NCBI GenBank assembly: GCA_044344255.1
Contig: JBIJDH010000005.1
Span: forward strand, 224,001 to 288,000
DNA from: Myxococcota bacterium
GTDB taxonomy: Bacteria; Myxococcota_A; UBA796; UBA2385
DNA length: 64,000 nt
Reading direction: 5' to 3'
The translations under genes and the position numbers were made by a program. Of the stretch, positions 60,559 through 64,000 are shown one piece after another (the stretch's first letter is position 1; each line of letters opens with the position of its first letter). The notes under the pieces were generated by a model. That model was not told where the DNA came from. It did not search any database and was given only the letters and a program-made list of their open reading frames with translations.

Positions 60559-61720
60559 GTCGCCGGTCGCGGAGGCGCCGTTACCCCGGTCGCCGGTGTC
60601 TCCCGGAGTCGCCGCGGCGCCAACTGTGGGGCCAGAGCCGCAGGATTCCGCGTGGGTCGCGCCGGAGGAGAGCCCGACCCCCAGGCGACCGCCCGCCGAG
60701 GCGCCGTCGCCTCCCCGTCCGCGCAAGGAAGCGGTCCGGGGCGTACCAAAGACTCCGCCTCGTGCCTTGCCGGACGCCAAGGCGGGGCGGTCCAGTGGCC
60801 TTCCTTGGATGGCAGCCCTCGTCGGCCTGGTGCTCGGGTCAGTGTCGATCATCGGCTGCCTTGGGTTTGTCGGCAGGCAATTGGAGGGCCTATTTGAAGC
60901 GACTGGTGATGCCATCGACCCCAGGCCCGTCTCGTTGGGGAGCGAGGTCCCCCCCTCCGTTGCGGTGGGGAACCTCACCTGGGTGACCGTACCCGCGAGC
61001 GAGGGTGTCATCGGCGATGATGGTACCTCCAACGTGGAAAGCGACGAGAAGCCCCGCTTCCGGGTGAGGTTCACACGGTCCTTCCAGATGCTGGAGACGG
61101 AGGTCACCAACCGACAGTACGCGGCCAAGAACAGCGGCCACAGCCCTGTCAATGACAAGCCTGTCGTCAAGGTCAACTGGAGTGACGCCCAGACGTACTG
61201 TGCCGCGATTGGCGCGAGGCTGCCGACGGAGCTCGAGTGGGAATACGCCGCGCGGGCCGGCGGCGAGGGCGCTTACGGCCTCGGCGCAGGGGGCGTGGAG
61301 GTCACCGAGGCCAACCTTCAGAGCTACGCCTGGTTGACGACCAATTCTGGCGACACAGTGCGGGATGTGAGGCAGAGGGAGCCCAACGCTTGGGGCCTCT
61401 ACGACCTCTGGGGAAACGTCTGGGAGTGGGTGGAGGATGGGTACTCGGGCGAGGCCTGGGCGGCGCTGTCCGCCTCCGGGACCTTGTTGACCAGCGGTGC
61501 CCGTTTGGTGACAGATCCGGGCTTCGTGGCTACGATTGGTGACAATGGTGCGAACACTCCCCCTTCTCACCGTGTATTCCGTGGGGGTTCCGCGTGGGGC
61601 GGGCCCAAGTGGTTGCGCTCGGGCGACCGGCTCAGGAACGAGTCCACGTCCTCGGGCGTGCTCCTCGGTTTTCGTTGCGTTTTGGCCGCTGCGCCCCAGC
61701 CCTTGAACCTTGCGCCTTGA
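59391..61720 (+). pseudogene. Ser/Thr kinase, linker, TM, FGE-sulfatase/CLec protein, copy 2, frameshifted near 60558
   Basis: Kinase ORF 59391-60986 and TM/FGE ORF 60596-61720 are in different frames; adding one base at 60558-60559 joins them. Confidence 0.8.
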
Positions 61721-61815
61721 TCCTTGGTGTAGGGGTTGTCCGGCGGGCTGAACGCGCGCAGCGCTCGCGGAAATTGTCGTGGATGGTCGTCCGGAAGGAC
61801 CTTCGTAGCTTGCTC

Positions 61816-61923
61816 TGTCCTCCTCAATGTAGGGGGAGGTGGCGCTCTTCGTGCCAGAGGAGTGGGTGCGTGGCCCCTCATCCGGCGCCGATGCGGCGCC
61901 ACCTTCTCCCAGGGGAAGAAGGG
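61816..61923. repeat. Degenerate REP-like copy plus an inverted related element
   Basis: tgtcctcctcaatgtagggggaggtggcgctc resembles 59218 onward; cccctcatccggcgccgatgcggcgccaccttctccc is its approximate inverse. Confidence 0.65.
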
Positions 61924-62126
61924 AAGGAGCCTCAGCCTCTCCATTAGAGGGGAGGGGATGGCGGTCGGTCGCCCCGGAAGCCGAGGGCCGAGTATGCGGG
62001 AGTATGTGGCGCTCCCTCGTCGCTCAGAACCTCCCTTTTCGGACGCTTCGTTCGCCAGCGTCCGGGGGAGCGACCTACCCGGCCCGGGCTCGCCCGGCTT
62101 AGTGTTGAGTCGGGAGGTCACCCACC

Positions 62127-63035
62127 ATGTCTGATTCGCTCCACGATCCGGCCCATAGCTCCATCCTCGACAGCGTCCTCGGCGCCATCCCGGGGCTGGG
62201 CGGCGCCTCCGAGCGGGAGGAGGCCCGCGCGGAGGCGCAGGCCATGCTCGCGGAGCTGCGGGCCGAGCGGGCCCTCATCGCCCACGACGCCGCGGCCGCG
62301 CGGGCGGCCATCGAGGCGGACACGCTGGCGGCGAAGGCGGAGCTCCAGGCGGAGGCGGAGGCCGCTCGGCAGCTCATCGAGGCGGAGCGGGTCGCCGTCA
62401 CGGCGGAGCTCAACCAGGCTCGGGTCTCCTTTGAGCACGAGCGCGAGCAGGCCCTCGCGGCGCTGCACCACGAGCGCGCCGCCCTCGAGCACAAGGCCGA
62501 GCAGATCGAGCAGCGGGCGACCGAGCTCGAGCAGCGCGGCGCGCACTTTGTGGAAGAGGCGGAGGCGGCGTCCACGCGCCTCCATGAGCAGTCCGAGGCC
62601 GCCCTCCGCAGCGCCGCCGAGCACCTCGATCAGGCCGCCGCGCAGGCCGAGGGGCGCTTGCGGCAGGAGGCCGAGTCAGCGGGGCGTGACCTCGAGGGGC
62701 GGCTGCGGGACCACCTCCACGCGCTCGAGTCCGAGGCGCGCGGGCAGCTCGACCGCCTGGAGCTCGCCGCAGACCAGGGGCGTGGCCTCTTCGAGCGGGT
62801 GGGAGAGGAGCTCCGCGACCGCCTCCACGGCGAGGCGGAGGGCGGCCTCCACCTCCTCCGCGATGGGCACCGACAGGGCAAGGACGAGCTCGACCAGGAG
62901 CGCGGTCGTCTGCGTGACCAGGTCTTCAACCTGCGCGAGGCGGTGCGCGAGGTCGCCGAGCACCTTGTGGCGCAGGTGCCGGTCGTCGGGCACGCGCTCG
63001 CCTCAGCGGCGCACAACATCCACCTGGACGCCTGA
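62127..63035 (+). CDS. Ala/Glu/His-rich coiled-coil protein
   Basis: gggagg RBS; long helical repeat; short amphipathic ends (LGAIPGLG, AQVPVVG). Confidence 0.75.
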   Translation: MSDSLHDPAHSSILDSVLGAIPGLGGASEREEARAEAQAMLAELRAERALIAHDAAAARAAIEADTLAAKAELQAEAEAARQLIEAERVAVTAELNQARVSFEHEREQALAALHHERAALEHKAEQIEQRATELEQRGAHFVEEAEAASTRLHEQSEAALRSAAEHLDQAAAQAEGRLRQEAESAGRDLEGRLRDHLHALESEARGQLDRLELAADQGRGLFERVGEELRDRLHGEAEGGLHLLRDGHRQGKDELDQERGRLRDQVFNLREAVREVAEHLVAQVPVVGHALASAAHNIHLDA

Positions 63036-63036
63036 C

Positions 63037-64000
63037 ATGCCGCTGTCTGCAAAGAGCCAGCCCATCCAGTCGGCGGCCCGCACCCTGCTCGGTCGATTGG
63101 CGGGGAAGGCGCGGCCCCAGGGGGTGGTCGCCCTCTCGGAGGCGACAGAGGACGCCACCGTGGAGCGGGCCCAGGGCCGGGCTCGGAGCGAGATCGAGGT
63201 GATCCGACGGGAGCTCGTGGCGCGGAGAGAGGAGGTGGAGCGGGAGCAGGGGCGGCGAGAGGTCGCGCTCGGCGCGGCTCAGTCCGAGCTGGAGCTCGCC
63301 ACCCGACAGGCCCAGGCGGGGCGAGACACAGACGCCCTGCTCCAGCGCTTTGACCCCGGCCGCCGCATCGACGAGCTGCGGCAGGCCCTACTCCGCGACC
63401 GCCTCGACCGAGAGCTGCGCGGCCTCGTCCGCCTCACCGAGCGGACCGAGGGCGATCACCTCGTCTATTCACTCGATCCGGCCGTCGCCCCAGCGGTCGC
63501 GGGCCTGCTCGGTCAGGCCTTCGTCGACGGCCCCGACAGCTGGGCCCGCGTGGCGGCCGAGAGCCTCAACGCAGATCTCGGCATCCAGCTCCACCAGCAA
63601 GGGATGGGCCTCGAGCACGACGTCGAGACCCCGCTGCGGCCCGACAGCAGCCTGCCCCCAGAGCTGCGCTTCGGGCCGCCGGAGGGTGAGGGCCGCCCGT
63701 GGTGGCGAGAGCACCAATTGCCGCCGATGGAGCGGCGTCGGCCCATCCAGGCGCTGTGGCGGGAGGTTCTCTCCACGCTCCGCACGCAGACCTTCCTCGT
63801 CGCCAGCCTCGTCGGGCTCGCCCTGTCCAACGTGAAGTCCGGCACAGACGCGGCGATCGGTCGGGGTGGGATCTTCTTCGGCACCGCCCTCGCGATCCTG
63901 CCCGTGGTCATCTTGGAGACCGGCCGGCAGCGGCGGCAGCATGTCCTCCAGCAGCGAGAGGAGGTGGAGAAGCAGGTCACCGCCGAGCTCATCGCTTGGG
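63037..64000 (+). CDS. Coiled-coil protein with a two-helix hydrophobic segment, runs off the right edge
   Basis: Manual translation MPLSAKSQPIQ... stays open to the end; FLVASLVGLAL and GIFFGTALAILPVVIL; absent from the ORF track because no stop is in the window. Confidence 0.7.
   Translation, partial: MPLSAKSQPIQSAARTLLGRLAGKARPQGVVALSEATEDATVERAQGRARSEIEVIRRELVARREEVEREQGRREVALGAAQSELELATRQAQAGRDTDALLQRFDPGRRIDELRQALLRDRLDRELRGLVRLTERTEGDHLVYSLDPAVAPAVAGLLGQAFVDGPDSWARVAAESLNADLGIQLHQQGMGLEHDVETPLRPDSSLPPELRFGPPEGEGRPWWREHQLPPMERRRPIQALWREVLSTLRTQTFLVASLVGLALSNVKSGTDAAIGRGGIFFGTALAILPVVILETGRQRRQHVLQQREEVEKQVTAELIAW

Noticed and set aside
54400..64000. A complete DGR (RT, avd, template repeat) inside the window
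   Set aside because: No YxDD reverse transcriptase ORF and no AAC-rich non-coding copy of the variable segment was seen

Overview
High-GC, gene-dense bacterial chromosomal segment, most consistent with Myxococcota (two MYXO-CTERM-like tails, Ser/Thr kinases, sigma54-type activators). About 1-54 kb is mostly housekeeping, metabolic and envelope genes (lysC, rlmL-like, plsB-like, gpsA-like, yicC, rlmD-like, arfB, uvrB, iadA, cysDNC, kbl, hexokinase, GMC oxidoreductase, GT-C-like membrane proteins). The last ~9.5 kb looks accessory. It holds an apparently truncated AAA ATPase, a vapBC pair, REP-like palindromes, and a tandem ~2.5 kb duplication of a receptor-like gene (kinase, Pro-rich linker, TM, FGE-sulfatase/CLec domain). 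The two kinase halves appear nucleotide-identical. The C-terminal GGS..GFR segments differ mostly at codon positions 1-2, the pattern expected of diversity-generating retroelement (DGR) variable regions, and are followed by conserved 3' elements. No reverse transcriptase or template repeat was seen in the window, so the DGR link is an inference. Both copies read as broken (in-frame TAG; 1-nt frameshift), which could be real or a sequencing/assembly error. No rRNA, tRNA, CRISPR array or transposase was recognised. All calls come from motif recognition by eye; no searches were run.
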